The notes: generated by a model from the letters alone, not told the origin. Shown: positions 38,102-52,959, numbered from the whole stretch's first letter. The stretch is DNA of 63,954 nt, filler included, from Nemertoderma westbladi (GCA_032718475.1; 4 parts of 4 records of this genome joined end to end with filler, not necessarily neighbours in it); one strand, 5' to 3'. Made by a program: numbers and translations.

Positions 38102-38719
38102 TATGAATAATATAGATTAACTATAAATTCAATTTTAGCCTTAGTGGCTCTAAAAATACTGTGAATTCCGCAACTGTGAATTCCGAACTGAGTGATAAGT
38201 TTACCGGGGCGAGGATGACTCTTGACGCAATCAAATGGTACTGTAACCTGTGTTTGTGTTATTGGCTCCCGTTTATTATTTTGTAATCTGTAGCTGAAGT
38301 TAACAATATTAATTCCACGAGATGTAATTTATTTCAAAAGTCACTCCGTCTCGACCTCGAGTTTAACTATTTAATGCAACAATAATGGTTTAAGAGAGAG
38401 TTATGGAGGATTCTCCTTCTTAAACTATCCTCTTATAAAAAGGTAATAAAATATCATACCATCATCTGCTGAAAGATATGTTGGTAATTGGAGTTGCCAT
38501 AGTTTACAAATATTGCAACATGCCATGCTGTCTCCCTTTTACTTATCGTCCATAAAGTATTCAATGTTTTTCTATTACTTAAACCCATTCAACAATAACT
38601 CTTTCAATATCAAATTTGAGGCTAATGGTGTATCATTAATGTTCGCCATGAGTCACCGAGATCTTTTTAACAGCCTTCCTTCCATCCATCCGTATACATG
38701 TTTTATTATTTATTTAAAT

Positions 38720-38790
38720 TTATTGAAATTGAACTTTTGAATCAAAATAGTAAATAAGACACCTATACAAATTTCGCATCCAGGATGTAT
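38720..38790 (-). pseudogene. Fragment of a third MFS copy
   Basis: ttgaaattgaactt...atcaaaat..taaataagaca.ctata.aaatttcgcatccaggatgtat matches 37221-37288. Confidence 0.55.
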
Positions 38791-39745
38791 AGGTCAGGTC
38801 AGGTATTATAGGTCATTGATCAAGAAAACTTGCCACCTGCAGCTTAAAGGAGGTGCCACCTGTAGCTCCATAGACCCTCTTACTAGGGCAAATCTGGTCC
38901 TGAAACTAGGACCCCCTACGTTCTGGGATAAGGACGCCCTTGGTCCTGGATTAAGGACCCATATACTTGGCTGCAGGGGTATATGGCCTGGCCAGGCGGA
39001 TGGTGATCTACCAATGACTGGTCAGGGGTAGAGTGTTCTCATGTCCACTCTGACTCTGAGTGCACTTCACTGCGACCTGCACCGGGCAGCAGTGGTACAG
39101 GGCATGACCCAGCAGATGAGCTGCACAGCCAATGGTGGGTCATGTGCGCCAGAGTAGGTATGGGTGATGGGCCTCAAATCTGACTCCACTGCGACACCCA
39201 CCCTGTGGAATGGCAAACCAGGGTGTGGTATTTGCCCCAAGAGCTGACTCGGCAAAAAAGCACCCCACAACCCCCACTATGGATTACAATAGTAATGCGG
39301 AGGTCCGGCCACTAGAGGCCAGTGGAATTACCGGACACAATCGGCCTCACAGGGGTAGGTTATCTCCTGACCGGCTGCCTGTCTCACCCCCCTACTACTG
39401 GATAGAGAGCAGCCAACAATTCTTTGAGTCCCTTTCCTGATGACCTTTCTGGCCCAACCCCTGGGTCATCAGGGATGCCAGATTGTGAGGGGGAGAGGGA
39501 TTCTGGAGTTGGAGGCTACTGTCATGTTCCACCCGACCAACAAAGCCATTGGTGAATCTGAGGCAAGTCACTAGACTAGCCTCAGTAAACTTCCTAACAC
39601 TTGGGTCGCCAATGCGACAAGGTGATCTGACTGCCTTGGCAGATAAGCGTTCTCTTAGCGCAGTGGGTGTTGTTCAAAAGCACAGAATGCAGACTGGACA
39701 GACTGATGAGGTTCTGATTAAGGACATGGGGAGCGGTTTTTATTA
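38791..39745 (+). mobile_element. RTE-like LINE 5' fragment (GC-rich UTR and start of the endonuclease)
   Basis: RLASVNFLTL...AVGVVQKHR resembles the APE N-terminus (..GTWNVRTL...I.GIQEHR). Confidence 0.45.
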
Positions 39746-40057
39746 AAATTTTGAACAAAGATATCAACAAGCTCCTCAAGTTGTTCCAGATCTGCTAATG
39801 CATAGTAATCAGATAAATAATTAAATTCAACTTCCATAATTTAAGATAGAATTACAAAAATATAACATAAACACTAGTTAAACCAAAAACAGATAAAACA
39901 TATAAGATAAACACTAATTTGAATTTCCCTCATAAAAAGATGCACAACTTAACTGATTTATTGCAAAAAAAATTTCCAATGTTTAAACGCGTTTTTCTCA
40001 GAACTATAAAAAATTTCAATAGGTCCCTTTCTATTGTGACCGCTACTAAAATACTTA

Positions 40058-42000
40058 TTAATCATCGAGAGTTAATAACGGTGAAAATTTTAAATTAAAT
40101 GACGAAACGGCGATAATCTCGAGAACGTCGAAAACTGAATCGATCCTAGCAGCTGTGGCTGCGGAATAAATTAGTTTGGTTTTAGTGGAACTGTTGTTTG
40201 TCTGGGAATCGGTCTCGAAGTAGTGGTTAATAACTCGATGAAGAGACGTCTTCCCGTCGATAAAACCCGATAATTTTATTTTTCTTCCGTTCGCTAATTG
40301 GCTAGAAATATCGGCAGGGACATCGTTAACCAATAGGATTACCGTATCCGTCCCTATGGCAACCGTTAGTTGCAGATGTCCAAGTTCTCTGTCGAGGTAT
40401 TATTGGCGCAATCCGCGTACTTCAATCCGTAGACACACGCGATTGGTTGAGATATCGCCTTCGGCAGTAAATTAATGACATCTTCGAATTTATTTAGCGT
40501 TACAGTAAGTCTGACTGCCTTTAATCTACCGGTCCACGCCACCGGTAAGTCATGAAGTTGCGCGCATTTTAATTGCATTGCGGCTTCATTGTTCGAATTT
40601 GGCGCCATTTTACCGCAAATCGAATTATATGTTTTCCACGGTATTGGGGGAATTAATGTCTCGTCTTCGTCATAATTGGGGATATGTTTAGCAATAAATA
40701 TTAAAGCGATAAGTAATATTAGAGGAACAGTTAGCAATTTATAATGGATAAATTTCTTGTGAATCGAGGAATAATTAACTTTATTTTTAACAAACCAAAA
40801 TGTTAATGGCGGCGTCGCCAGTATAATTAACGATAATATTATCTGAACAATAACAGATGTTATTAGGAATATATATAACGCAGTTACAGTTAATGTTGCC
40901 ATAATAACTAGTGGTATTAATATGGGGTATCGTGAGGAGAATACGGCACACAGTATGGGGATGAGTACGCGAATAATATTGGTAGTGTTCCCATAGAATA
41001 TTCGAGATAATTGCATCCACAATATCCATATTAATTCCGATGTCGCTGTATTGGTTGAGTTGTTGTTAAGGCTAGTCCCTATAATTCTAGAAATATAGTA
41101 GACCACGGCTAGAAGCATAATACTTGGTAAACCAAAGGCAACTATAATATCATCGAATACCTCCATTCTCCCCACGTAGAGATAGAGTTTTGTTTCAGTT
41201 AGCATTACGAGGAAAGTCAATATTACGGCGTAGATTCTTAACCTGTTCAGAGATGGGTTAGTTGTAGTTGCCTTGGTGTAACTATGGTAACACATTAGTA
41301 AAGCGAAGCCCATGCATTCGTTTATTATTATCCTCATGTATTTTCGGCATATACTATAGGTTGCTATAGAAACCGTTAACGACATAACAATTACAGTGGC
41401 AGAATTTACCATCTTTAAATACGTTTGTTGTTTACCCTCGCTGTCCAATGAGGTACATTTTCTTGAAGGTGTCTGGTGATTGGTTAGGTTTATGTAGGTT
41501 AAGGTAGACAGCACAGAAATAACAAACGAAACACCGAAAATAGCCAAAGGTATAGCTATGAAGAATAGGTCAGTTCTCAACCAATCATACAACACGAATA
41601 GAATCAAAGTAAATACTTGGTTTACTGGTATTAGTGACGTCATCCACGCAACGCCTTTAAACGTTATAGTTTCCATGACCATTGATTGGCCATCATTGAT
41701 TAACCCTAACCAATATTGTATTCGCAATAGGCGGTCAATAGACGGTAGACCAGTAATCCTGTCATTCTGAGACCGGCTACAACTGTTATTATTGATAACA
41801 ACATCTGTTGATTCTGATTGGCTTTCTGTAGCCTCATCATTATTATGCGATTGGATTTTCAAATTCAGGCAACAATTATATTCGATTTGCGATTCCCCAG
41901 TTACATTGCTGCTTTTCCATTGGCTGCCTGCCACCGCAGTTATATCACTGCCAGTTGACCCTTTACCGACAGTTATCGGATTACCATAATTTTCACTCAT
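40058..42000 (-). CDS. WFS1: Wolframin-like gene, intronless, N-terminally short, frameshifted near 40370
   Basis: GVAWMTSLIPVNQVFTLILF...TDLFFIAIPLAIF and IPWKTYNSICG...QLKCAQL....VAWTGRLKAVR......E..INLLP......ACVYG..Y..C match wolframin. The C-terminus (QLTVAI...FSPLL) continues in another frame. Confidence 0.8.
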
Positions 42001-42321
42001 GTTTTACGCAGTTATTTGAATTTAGTTTAAAAGTTATAAAATATCTTCCACAAATAACAATGTTCTTGGTATTTAACCAGGTGTCCGCATATGCTTTATA
42101 CCCGATTGTAACACACCCTCCTACAACATATGTTATCGATATACTTGTTAGCAGAGTACTTTATTGCTTCAGTTGTTAATAAACGGTATGTTGATAAGGT
42201 GCAGTGCGGTAGCTAGTTAATGCAATAATCCGCACGTTTAATTAAAGGCTACTTCGCACGTCAATAATTCAAAGTGATTGAAAAAATAAAAATAATGCAC
42301 TTTAACATTGCACGACTATGT

Positions 42322-42612
42322 TATAAGTGCCCATGTGAAGAATACCAGACTTTCTGCCGTTATATTTCACTTTGCAGTTACCCCCATGTGAAGAATACCA
42401 GGTTTTCACCAAAACCGCAGGTTACAAAAGGGCTGAATCGAACCAAAACAATAAACGAATTAGTATATGTACAGGTTATAAGACAGAAATAAGCGCTATA
42501 AAACACTTAATAAATATAAATTTAAAAAAATAAAAAATCTTCATATATAAAATTCCAATAAAAAATCGACCGAAAAGTGAAATCCTGGTATTCTTCATAT
42601 GGGCGGTTTTAA
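42322..42612. mobile_element. Small MITE
   Basis: Inverted gcccat(g/a)tgaagaataccag termini; a related fragment lies at about 3517-3548. Confidence 0.55.
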
Positions 42613-42819
42613 GTATTTAACTATTAAGTTGGTAGATAAAGTAGCACCACTATTTATAGTGAGCCGTGTTTTTTTTTGTTTTACCGTAGTTATTGAGTGA
42701 AAATATAGCCGCGAGCAGGCTGTTCAACTAATGTGTAGTGAGTGACAAAGTACATAAACCAAAATAAAGGAATATAAATAACAAGTTAACTAATTATTTC
42801 ATCTATGAATCATGAATTT

Positions 42820-43180
42820 TTCAACTAGTTGAACTTTCAACTAGTTGAACTTTCAACTAGTTGAACTTTCAACTAGTTGAACTTTCAACTAGTTGAACTT
42901 TCAACTAGTTGAACTTTCAACTAGTTGAACTTTTACCTAGTTGAACTTTCACCTAGTTAGATTTTCACCTAGTTGAACTTTCACCTAGTTGAACTTTAAC
43001 CTAGTTGAACTTTCACCTAGTTGAACTTTCACCTAGTTGAATTTTCACCTAGTTGAACTTTCACCTAGTTGAACTTTCAACTAGTTGAACTTTCAACTAG
43101 TTGAACTTTCAACTAGTTGAACTTTCAACTAGTTGAACTTTCAACTAGTTGAACTTTCAACTAGTTGAACTTTCAACTAG
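42820..43180. repeat. 16-bp tandem repeat with a 14-bp palindrome (TTCAACTAGTTGAA), about 22 copies
   Basis: Unit caactagttgaacttt; a central block carries the caccta variant. Confidence 0.95.
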
Positions 43181-43337
43181 TGATATGAAGAGCATAGGAA
43201 GGAATATGAATAGCATATGAATATATTGTAAAAAAATATGCGTAATATTTTCGTGGGATTTTTCTTTAGCTGATACGAGTTATTATAGATACTATACGAT
43301 ACCGCCGAGTCAGTAACTAGAGAATATTCTGTTATGA

Positions 43338-44125
<788 letters not shown>

Positions 44126-44131
44126 ACCCTG

Positions 44132-45807
44132 GATATCCCTCCCATATCTTTAGGTTGTATAAATTTACCAGTAGATATCCCCTCCTTATCTTTATATTGT
44201 ATTAATTTACCAGTAGATATCCCCTCCCATAACTTTATGTTGTATTAATTTACCAGTAGATATCCCCTCCCATAACTTTATGTTGTATTAATTTACCAGT
44301 AGATATCCCCACCCTTATCTATATATTGTATTAATTTACCAGTAGATATCCCCTCCCTTAACTTTATGTTGTATTAATTTACCAGTAGATATCCCCTCCC
44401 TTAACTTTAGGTTGTATTAATTTACCAGTAGATATCAGGTTGTATTAATTTACCAGTAGATATCCCCTCCCTTATCTTTAAGTTGTATTAATTTACCAGT
44501 AGATATCCCCTCCCTTATCTTTACGTTGTATTAATTTACCAGTAGATATCCCCCCCCCCCTTAACTTTATATTGTATTAATTTACCAGTAGATATCCCCT
44601 CCCTTATCTTTATGTATCTTTAGGTTGTATTAATTTAACAGTAGATATCCCCTCCCTTATCTTTATATTGTATTAATTTACCAGTAGATATCCCCTCCCT
44701 TAACTTTATGTTGTATTAATTTACCAGTAGATATCCCATCCCTTATCTTTATGTTGTATTAATTTACCAGTAGATATCCCCTCCCTTATCTTTATGTTGT
44801 ATTAATTTACCAGTAGATATCCCCTCCCTTATCTTTATATTGTATTAATATACCAGTAGATATCGCCTCCCTTAACTTTATGTTGTATTAATTTACCAGT
44901 AGATATCCCCTCCTTATCTTTATATTGTATTAATTTACCAGTAGATATCCCCTCCCATAACTTTATGTTGTATTAATTTACCAGTAGATATCCCCTCCCA
45001 TTTCTTTAGGTTGTATTAATTTACCAGTAGATATCCCCTCCTTTAACTTTATGTTGTAATAATTTACCAGTAGATATCACCTCCCTTAACTTTAGGTTGG
45101 ATTAATTTACCAGTAGATATCCCCTCCTTTATCTTTAGGTTGTATTAATTTACCAGTAGATATCCCCTCCCTTATCTTTAAGTTGTATTAATTTACCAGT
45201 AGATATCCCCTCCCTTATCTTTACGTTGTATTAATTTACCAGTAGATATCCCCCCCTTAACTTTATATTGTATTAATTTACCAGTAGATATCCCCTTCCT
45301 TATCTTTATGTATCTTTAGATTGTATTAATTTACCAGTAGATATCCCCTCCCTTATCTTTATGTATCTTTAGATTGTATTAATTTACCAGTAGATATCCC
45401 CTCCCTTATCTTTATATTGTATTAATTTACCAGTAGATATCCCCTCCCTTAACTTTATGTTGTATTAATTTACCAGTAGATATCCCATCCCTTATCTTTA
45501 TGTTGTATTAATTTACCAGTAGATATCCCCTCCCTTATCTTTATGTTGTATTAATTTACCAGTAGATATCCCCTCCCTTATCTTTATATTGTATTAATAT
45601 ACCAGTAGATATCGCCTCCCTTAACTTTATGTTGTATTAATTTACCAGTAGATATCCCCTCTCTTATCTTTAGGTTGTATTAATTTACCAGTAGATATCC
45701 CCTCTCTTATCTTTATGTTGTATAAATTTACCAGTAGATATCCCCTCCCATTTCTTTAGGTTGTATTAATTTACCAGTAAATATCGCCTCCCATTTCTTT
45801 AGGTTGT
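44132..45807. repeat. 43-bp tandem repeat spanning the NNT acceptor site, about 39 copies
   Basis: Unit gttgtattaatttaccagtagatatcccctcccttatcttta(t/g); the last unit ends in the real acceptor. Confidence 0.95.
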
Positions 45808-45952
45808 TGTTGTAAAACGAACTCTGGGCGTCGGATATGCCGCCGTCGACAATCCAATATTCTTCAAAGAAAACACCGGAATGTTGCTAGGCGACGCCAA
45901 GAAGATGTGTGACGGGTTGCTAGGGAAACTGAAAGACTTCTACTCTGAGTGA
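45803..45952 (+). CDS. NNT: NAD(P) transhydrogenase, last exon
   Basis: tttag| [49 protein letters not shown]; phase-0 join. Confidence 0.95.
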   Translation, partial: VVVVKRTLGVGYAAVDNPIFFKENTGMLLGDAKKMCDGLLGKLKDFYSE

Positions 45953-46308
45953 GAGAGGATATTATAGAGTTTAGGAGTTATAGAAATATAATTTAATTTT
46001 TTACAATGTTTGCAAAAGTGTGGTTAAAGCTTTATAACTCAATATCACTCCGGCATATGGGGTGTTAGTCTAGGAATTACATTATTATAGAATAAAGGGT
46101 TAATTTATAGATACCAACTTTATGATCGAACGTAGGCGTAACAATGATTCGTATTTGTCTTTTCGTAATAAATGATGTGCTGTAATTATGGTTTAATGTG
46201 CTTCACTATATCTTCTTCGCCAAATAAACCCAGTTACGACATATTTGGGTACTTAATAATTTCACCTTCTTTTTAATATTATTTCAATTATTATTATCCT
46301 TTATTATT

Positions 46309-46836
46309 ATAATTATCAATTATTATTTAACTGTTTGAATTGAAATAACCCAGAACTTGGTATAATGCAATTAAGTCAACCAGTACCTGGTATAGGTATA
46401 ATGCTAAGGATGGTTTTCCACCGCAGGGTCACGGTTGGGGCTTTGTACTAACAATGAAAATACATGATCATATTATTTGCTCTATGTGTAACACTATTGT
46501 CATTTATGAGGTCAATGGTTCTGTTCAAATAATAAATTAGTTATAGGTCACTAGAAACACCAGGTAACATCGAGACAGAGGGAATCCGTACTCGGCAGAC
46601 CATCACTCACTATGTACATTGTCTAATGTCCATGTCCAATGTCTAACTGTAGGTATCCGCTATCCGGTATTTAGCTGATTCAGGGAGAGCGTTGCGTTGC
46701 TAGGATACTGTGTCCATTGACAATTAACTATTTATTATTAAATAAATAAATAATAAACTTAAAGTCTTTTTTTAAAATTCTAACAAATTTGGATTATGTA
46801 GATTTTATTTACAAATATACTCAACATTTCAAGAAA
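46309..46836 (+). repeat. About 527-bp dispersed repeat, copy 2
   Basis: Matches 29944-30470. Confidence 0.9.
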
Positions 46837-46880
46837 TTAAACGCGTGCAGCATATCTCGTTTACCACCGGCTTACATGTT

Positions 46881-46980
46881 NNNNNNNNNNNNNNNNNNNN
46901 NNNNNNNNNNNNNNNNNNNNNNNNTTAATTAATTAANNNNNNNNNNNNNNNNNNNNNNNNNNNNNNNNNNNNNNNNNNNN
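46881..46980. other. Artificial contig linker
   Basis: 44N-TTAATTAATTAA-44N. Confidence 0.99.
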
Positions 46981-47059
46981 TAGCTCCTGTAAATTATCAT
47001 TAACAATTAGACTCATTTAATCCGGTTTTTTAAACTCGCACCGCAAGAACACTTTTACT

Positions 47060-50000
47060 GAGCTAGGAATTTTATCGTGGAATATCGGCGGTATCCACGA
47101 GAAATATAAACTGTCCACCGTCGAAAATCTCTTTACCAAATACGATATGGTTTTTTTCCAGGAGATAAAACTGTCATATAATTTCAAGGTTGCCGGTTTC
47201 GAGGTATACCGCAGCGTTTTAGGCGGCGATAGTTATCGAGGCGTAACTGCAATACTATTACGCCAAAAATTTGTATTACCCGGGGTAAAAATCTTTAGGG
47301 AGAAGGAGATATGTGGAATCCAACTGCCAGATTTCCCATCCATGATGTTTATATCTATATATGATCCACCTTGCTCATCTCCCTACGCAACCGCAACGAC
47401 CCTGGCTAAACTGCAAACGATGATAATTAATAGCCCTCCGTGGATGTCTTTCATCATAGCCAGAGATCCAAACGCAAGCCTATCCTCATTTTCCGATCAT
47501 TTAATCTCATACAGAACACCGCATGATACCCTGTGTAATAGCTATGGAAAGAACTTGTTACATTTGTGCAAATCATCAAATCTTGTAAATCTAAGTTATT
47601 CGAGTATAGCTGGAAAGCGACACGGCGGGAACTAACTTTCAGGCGAAAATCAGGTTTTATATCAGAGCCTGATCATTGTCTTGTTAGCAGGGAGATCGTA
47701 TCAGCGATTACAAAATTCGATGTAATCGTAGATCATTTACCCTCAGATCATGCTCCGTTGGAAATATTTATCAAGCTGGTGAATGAAACAAGTACGATTA
47801 TACTAGAGAAGAGCTCCGACATGTTGGGTTGTTATAACCCTATATTATGCAGCAGTAATGGCGTCAGGAAATGTAGAAAAGGTATCAAAGCCAGCACCCT
47901 ATGTAAAGGGGGCTTTATAGAAATGTTAGGACCACCAACTCTTGCCGAACAATCAACCTCAGGGAACAACCCACACATAGACACTCTGATAGAAAGTTTC
48001 ATCAAGCAAATTTACAAAACTGCCAAATCAAATAAATGTAAAACCCCAATCCTGGCTAACAGCACAAACAGACAGTCCTCGGTAGTCCACCAGTGGACCA
48101 AGTTGGCTATTTCTGGCAATGAGGCATCCCTGTGGCATCGAATTGGATGGAAAGGGGAGCTTTCAGAGGGATCGGACATCTCCATCACACCGTCTGACAC
48201 TGAGTTCAAATCACATTTTGAGTCCCTTGGATATACGAATGCGGGAGAGATTACAGACCTTACCGAAGATTCGCCTTACATCCCAATCTTAGACGATTCG
48301 ACAACGATAGAAGAGCTCACTTCGGAAATAGACTGCCTCGATGATCGAAAAGCAGCCGGACCTGATGGAGTCGGATCTGCCGTTTTAAAGTTTCTCTCAT
48401 ATCAGTGGATTTTATTATTATTACATATATTTAATGTTATTTTTAGCAGCGGAACTTTCCCCACAATGTGGTGTTTGAGTAAACTCGTAGCAATATTTAA
48501 GTGAGGATCACATTCAGTATGCACTAACTACCGAGGTATACGAGTTATAAACACTTTATTAAAGGCGTTTGATGGAATTTTAGCGAAGCGTCTAATAAAA
48601 TAGGCGAAACCTTACTGCGAACAAGCAGGGGCACAACGCTCTCGTTCTAGTATTGAACATGTACTAATACTAAGACTATTAATAGATTATACCTTTCTTA
48701 TGAAGGAAAAACTATTCCTAGTGTTTATAGACCTTAGCTCTGCTTATGATAATGTCCCCAGATCAAAATTGTTTTCCGTGCTGAAACGTATGGGGTGTGG
48801 TAGAATTATGCTTCGTATTTTGATTGCTATGTATTCTAGAACATCTAGTTTTCTGGGAGATAGTGTCATTCGGTCAGATACGGGTCTACAAGGGTCCCCG
48901 AGCAGCTGCTTTCTTTTCGCCATATTTTTGAACCCCCTTATAGCCCTACTACGGTGCTGTCTACCAGAAAGTTTTTTAAAGTGGCTCCACATCCTCATTT
49001 TGATGGATGATTCAGTAATCATTGCAACAACACGGGAACGAGCTATTGAAAAACTGAAAATTCTGTTGGGTTATTGTGCTGAGTATGGTATGATAATAAA
49101 TAAAAAATAAAAATTTATGGCTGTTGGAAGGTGTACTTTATCGGATAGGACGGATATCTGTATTATATCACCGGACAATGAGACATTAATCGTTAAAAAT
49201 TGTGACTATTATGTGTACCTGGGGGCTGCCATAACACAGGATGGTAAGTTGGAAACCGTGTATAATATTCATTTGACCGAAAAATCTAAGCAAATATCCA
49301 ATTTCTATGGTTTCCTTGATAAACACAACTTTATGCCAGTATGGTTGAAATTATATGTATTTAGAGCCGCAATAATTTCCAGTTTGTTTTACAGTTGCGA
49401 AACTTGACTTGGGAGTCAGCCTATTGAGATATACTCAAAATATTGCAAGATGTTGTGCAGTACAATAGGGGTTCGTCCGAACACAGTGCGTGAAACACTA
49501 TTCACTGAAACTGGCGAACCAGATCCGAAATCTCTAGTCGAGCACAAACAGCGAAAATTCCTGAAAGGAATTATAGCTAAACCAGATTTACATGAACCTC
49601 TAATTATGGTGCTTGATATGTGCGTGCAGGCAGTCCAGGACTAGAATGGCCAAGATGATAAACAAGATGGTTGCAGACGACCAGAATCCTTTGCAAGCCG
49701 GACGTACGACTATAAAAACCACAATTGCAAGCGCAACTTCCACGCGAATGTCAATATATCGTGAGGTGAACCCGAACCTAGACAAACCGTCAGTGTACAG
49801 CTCAGGGTCCATTGTAGATGAGAAATTGAGAATCAGCTGGTTCCGCTTTCGCTTGACGTCTACAAACCTGGCCGTAGAACGTGGACGATGGAGTTTTACC
49901 GACCGAAACTTGCGAATTTGTGCTTGCGGGGATACCCAGACCGAGCTACACATTCTAAAAGATTGTCCTCTTCTAAAGAACGATCGGGATTCCCTTCACC

Positions 50001-50640
50001 CATTCCGCATAACGTCTTTCAATGACTTGCAAAACCCTCGCACAATAGGCTTAGTACACCGCACTATGTGTGCTCAAAGGCCATATTGGCTAATAAGCCA
50101 ATAAGATTCTCATATTTATTTATTTAGTTGTATCCATGTATATTTATTTATTTATTTATTCTAATCAATGTATCGTACTGTAATGTCTGTATAACGTTAA
50201 TTATTGAACCATTCGGCAGTGAATTGCAAATTGTTCAGTGGCTCTCCGAACTTCGTGGCTCGCCTAACATTGCTTTGCTTATTGTTCTTGAAACGATTAA
50301 TATTACTGTAATGCTCTGTTTGTATATATTTCATACCTATCTGTAAATATCGCGTATATAGTGTAGTACATGTTGACAATCTATTTAAAATCTTGATATC
50401 CATTTGAAATTGTATATATTTATATCTATATATGTCATAAAGTTATTTATTCTAATTTGGCTGTACTATTCTAATACTACAATGTATTGTATGTATGTTA
50501 ATTTAAGATAGATCAATGCGGTGGACAGTGTATATATTAACCAGACAATGTAATGGTACCTTCAAATATTTTGTGTTCTTGCGGTGCGTCTTTATATGTT
50601 GTTACATATACAATGTCAATAAATATCTAATCTAATCTAG
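47060..50640 (+). mobile_element. Degenerate LINE ORF2 (APE + RT + CCHC) with 3' UTR and (ATCTA)n tail
   Basis: ILSWNIGG..FFQE, SDHAPL, KAAGPDG, FIDLSSAYD, QGSPSS, LMDDSV, YVYLG, RL...LAVERGRW..C.CG..QTE.H...CP, with several stops and frameshifts. aataaa then atctaatctaatcta. Confidence 0.9.
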
Positions 50641-51059
50641 ATTAACAGAGTACTGCCTGTTCAGGGACCTAGATGCAGCCTTAACTGCATTATTGGAAGC
50701 TGTAGTCTGTTTGAGTTGGGACTCTTTCTGCGCCTTATAGAGGTCATTTCGGCACTTCTGAATTTTGTTGTCAGTCCAGGAGGCGCTTTTCATGTTTTGA
50801 GGGTATACAGGAACTGTTTCTGCAGCTGCTAAGTTAACTGATTCTGTGAAGGCAGTATAGCGTCAGCTCAGCAGATTTCGTTGTTCTGCTAGCACGCAGA
50901 CTAAGTCTTTACCTTGGCCACAATAAGCCTGGAGAAGGGTCGAAGTGTAAATGCATTACAGTCTTGTATAGAGCTCCTGTATTTCCTACGAAACAGGATA
51001 TGGCCTATCTGATGTGACCACTGGGTCCACTATGAGTCCATAGCTTTAGCTCCAATGCG

Positions 51060-52827
51060 CCACACACATTAGGGTGCGTAGAGAGACTTGTCGGAAGTTC
51101 CAAGCGTTTAAAGAACTGTGCTAGCCAAGTGCGAGGGAATCATTAATAGCAGACCGCTATATCCAGAGAATGACGACCCGGAATCACTGGACGTGCTAAC
51201 ACCAGGCACTTGCTAATGGAGAGGCCGGCGACGATCAACATGCGGGGTGTAGACCCAGATGACATACATTCCCGTCAAAGCTGGAAAGTCGCCAAGGCAA
51301 TAAGTGCGGAGTATTGGAGAAGATGGGTAGAAGAGTATCTTCCGACGTTGCATAGGAGGAGTAAGTGGGGAAATACCAATAGAGAGTTGAAGAAGGGTGA
51401 CTTGGTAATCGTCACTGACGACACAATTATCAATAACCAATGGAGACTAGTGAGAGTGGTAGATACTTACCCCGATAAGGACGGAAGAGTGCGGTCGGTG
51501 GAAGTCAGGATAGGAGGGAAGATAGGGGCCAAAGATAGGAAGACCTACCGGAGGGCTGTGGGAAAGTGTTGCCTATTGGAAGGCTCACCTTAGAGTTTAG
51601 TCGTCCAATATGTTGGACTGCTGGGGGTGGGAATGAGGGCGAGACGCCCTTCCCACACATAAAAATATAAAAAAAAATAATAATAAGCAAATAATAAAAA
51701 TAAGAAGTGAGATAGTAGAAAGTAATAGTAGTAGATAGTACATAGCACTAAGTAGTAGTAGTAGGGAGTGTAGTATATTAATGTACCATGAGAATAGTAC
51801 CGTAAGAGTTAGAAGTTAGTAAGAGTAAGAGAAGAGTTAGAAGTTAGTAAGAGTAAGAGGAGAGTTAGAAGTTAGTAAGAGTAAGAGGAGAGTTAGAAGT
51901 TAGAGAATAGGGAGTGTGGCATATTGACATACCACGAGAGTAGTAGTACGGTACATGTGGGCACCGAGAGCGCCACTTAGTAAGTGAGTAGAGAGTATGG
52001 TATGTAGGTATACCATAGAAGTAGTAGGGTACATAGTACCGTAGGAGTTAGAAGTTGTGGGCACTGAGGGCGCCACGTAAGTAAGTATGAAGGTAGATAT
52101 GATAATAGCACAGACAGGGGGGAACACAAAATAAAATAAGATAAAGTTAGGGGACTAATTGACTAGAATGGCAGGACAAAACTTAGACGGATCCCACTAA
52201 CATGATGCGCACATGCGTGGGACCCAATAAGTGTATGGAGAATGAAAACGAAAATGGGGAATCGGGGGAAGTATGAAGAGGAGGTGTTGACACGTGAGGG
52301 ACTGAAAGGTGTGCAATTCAAGTGTGGGGAGCGATCAGAGAGAGAGGTGAGGAGTCCCAAGGGACCGAAGAGAGACTAAGGGACAATGAGGTCCGTGAGA
52401 GAGAGAATAAGGGACAACGAGGTCCGTGAGAGAGAGAGTAAGGGACAGAGAGGTCCGAGAGTGAGATTAGAGTGAGGACGTAGAAAATTGTGTGAAGAGA
52501 GAGCACAATTGTTTCGAACAGAGACACCAGATACCTTGGTGCAACATAGCTCGCGATTGCACCAAGGAGGGGTCGTAATAACTTACCCAGGGGGGGGGGG
52601 CTGGAAAGAAGACCCAGAGAAAAGAACTCCACCCACGCCCGATATTAGATTGGGTTCCAGCAGAATTGAAGCGCACTTAAGGTTGATGCTATCTTCTCAC
52701 CGGGAAGATAGCATGGGGGGAGTGTAAGCGGATTCAATTCCACTTCATTACCCACCAGAAAATGGGACCAGTGGCATTTTACTAATATAGTTGGGGATAC
52801 GAGATTACCAATAATAATCTCGTCTCA
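51060..52827 (+). mobile_element. BEL/Pao LTR retrotransposon 3' end: integrase tail (DUF5641-like), PPT and probable LTR 51634-52827
   Basis: YWRRWVEEYLPTL..RSKW...GDLV...W.L.RV...YPDKDG.VRSVEV. Purine tract gggggtgggaa is followed by TGAGGGCGAG...CTCGTCTCA inverted ends. The LTR end is tentative. Confidence 0.75.
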
Positions 52828-52959
52828 TAACCAACTTTGGGAGGGGGGGGGAGCGACACAAGCCCTAAAGCCACAGAGAGAGGTGAGAGGTCAACCACCT
52901 CAGAGGGAATACAGCTAGTAGAGGCTAGCAGTGGGGGGAAACACTCACAGGGAGTGCCA

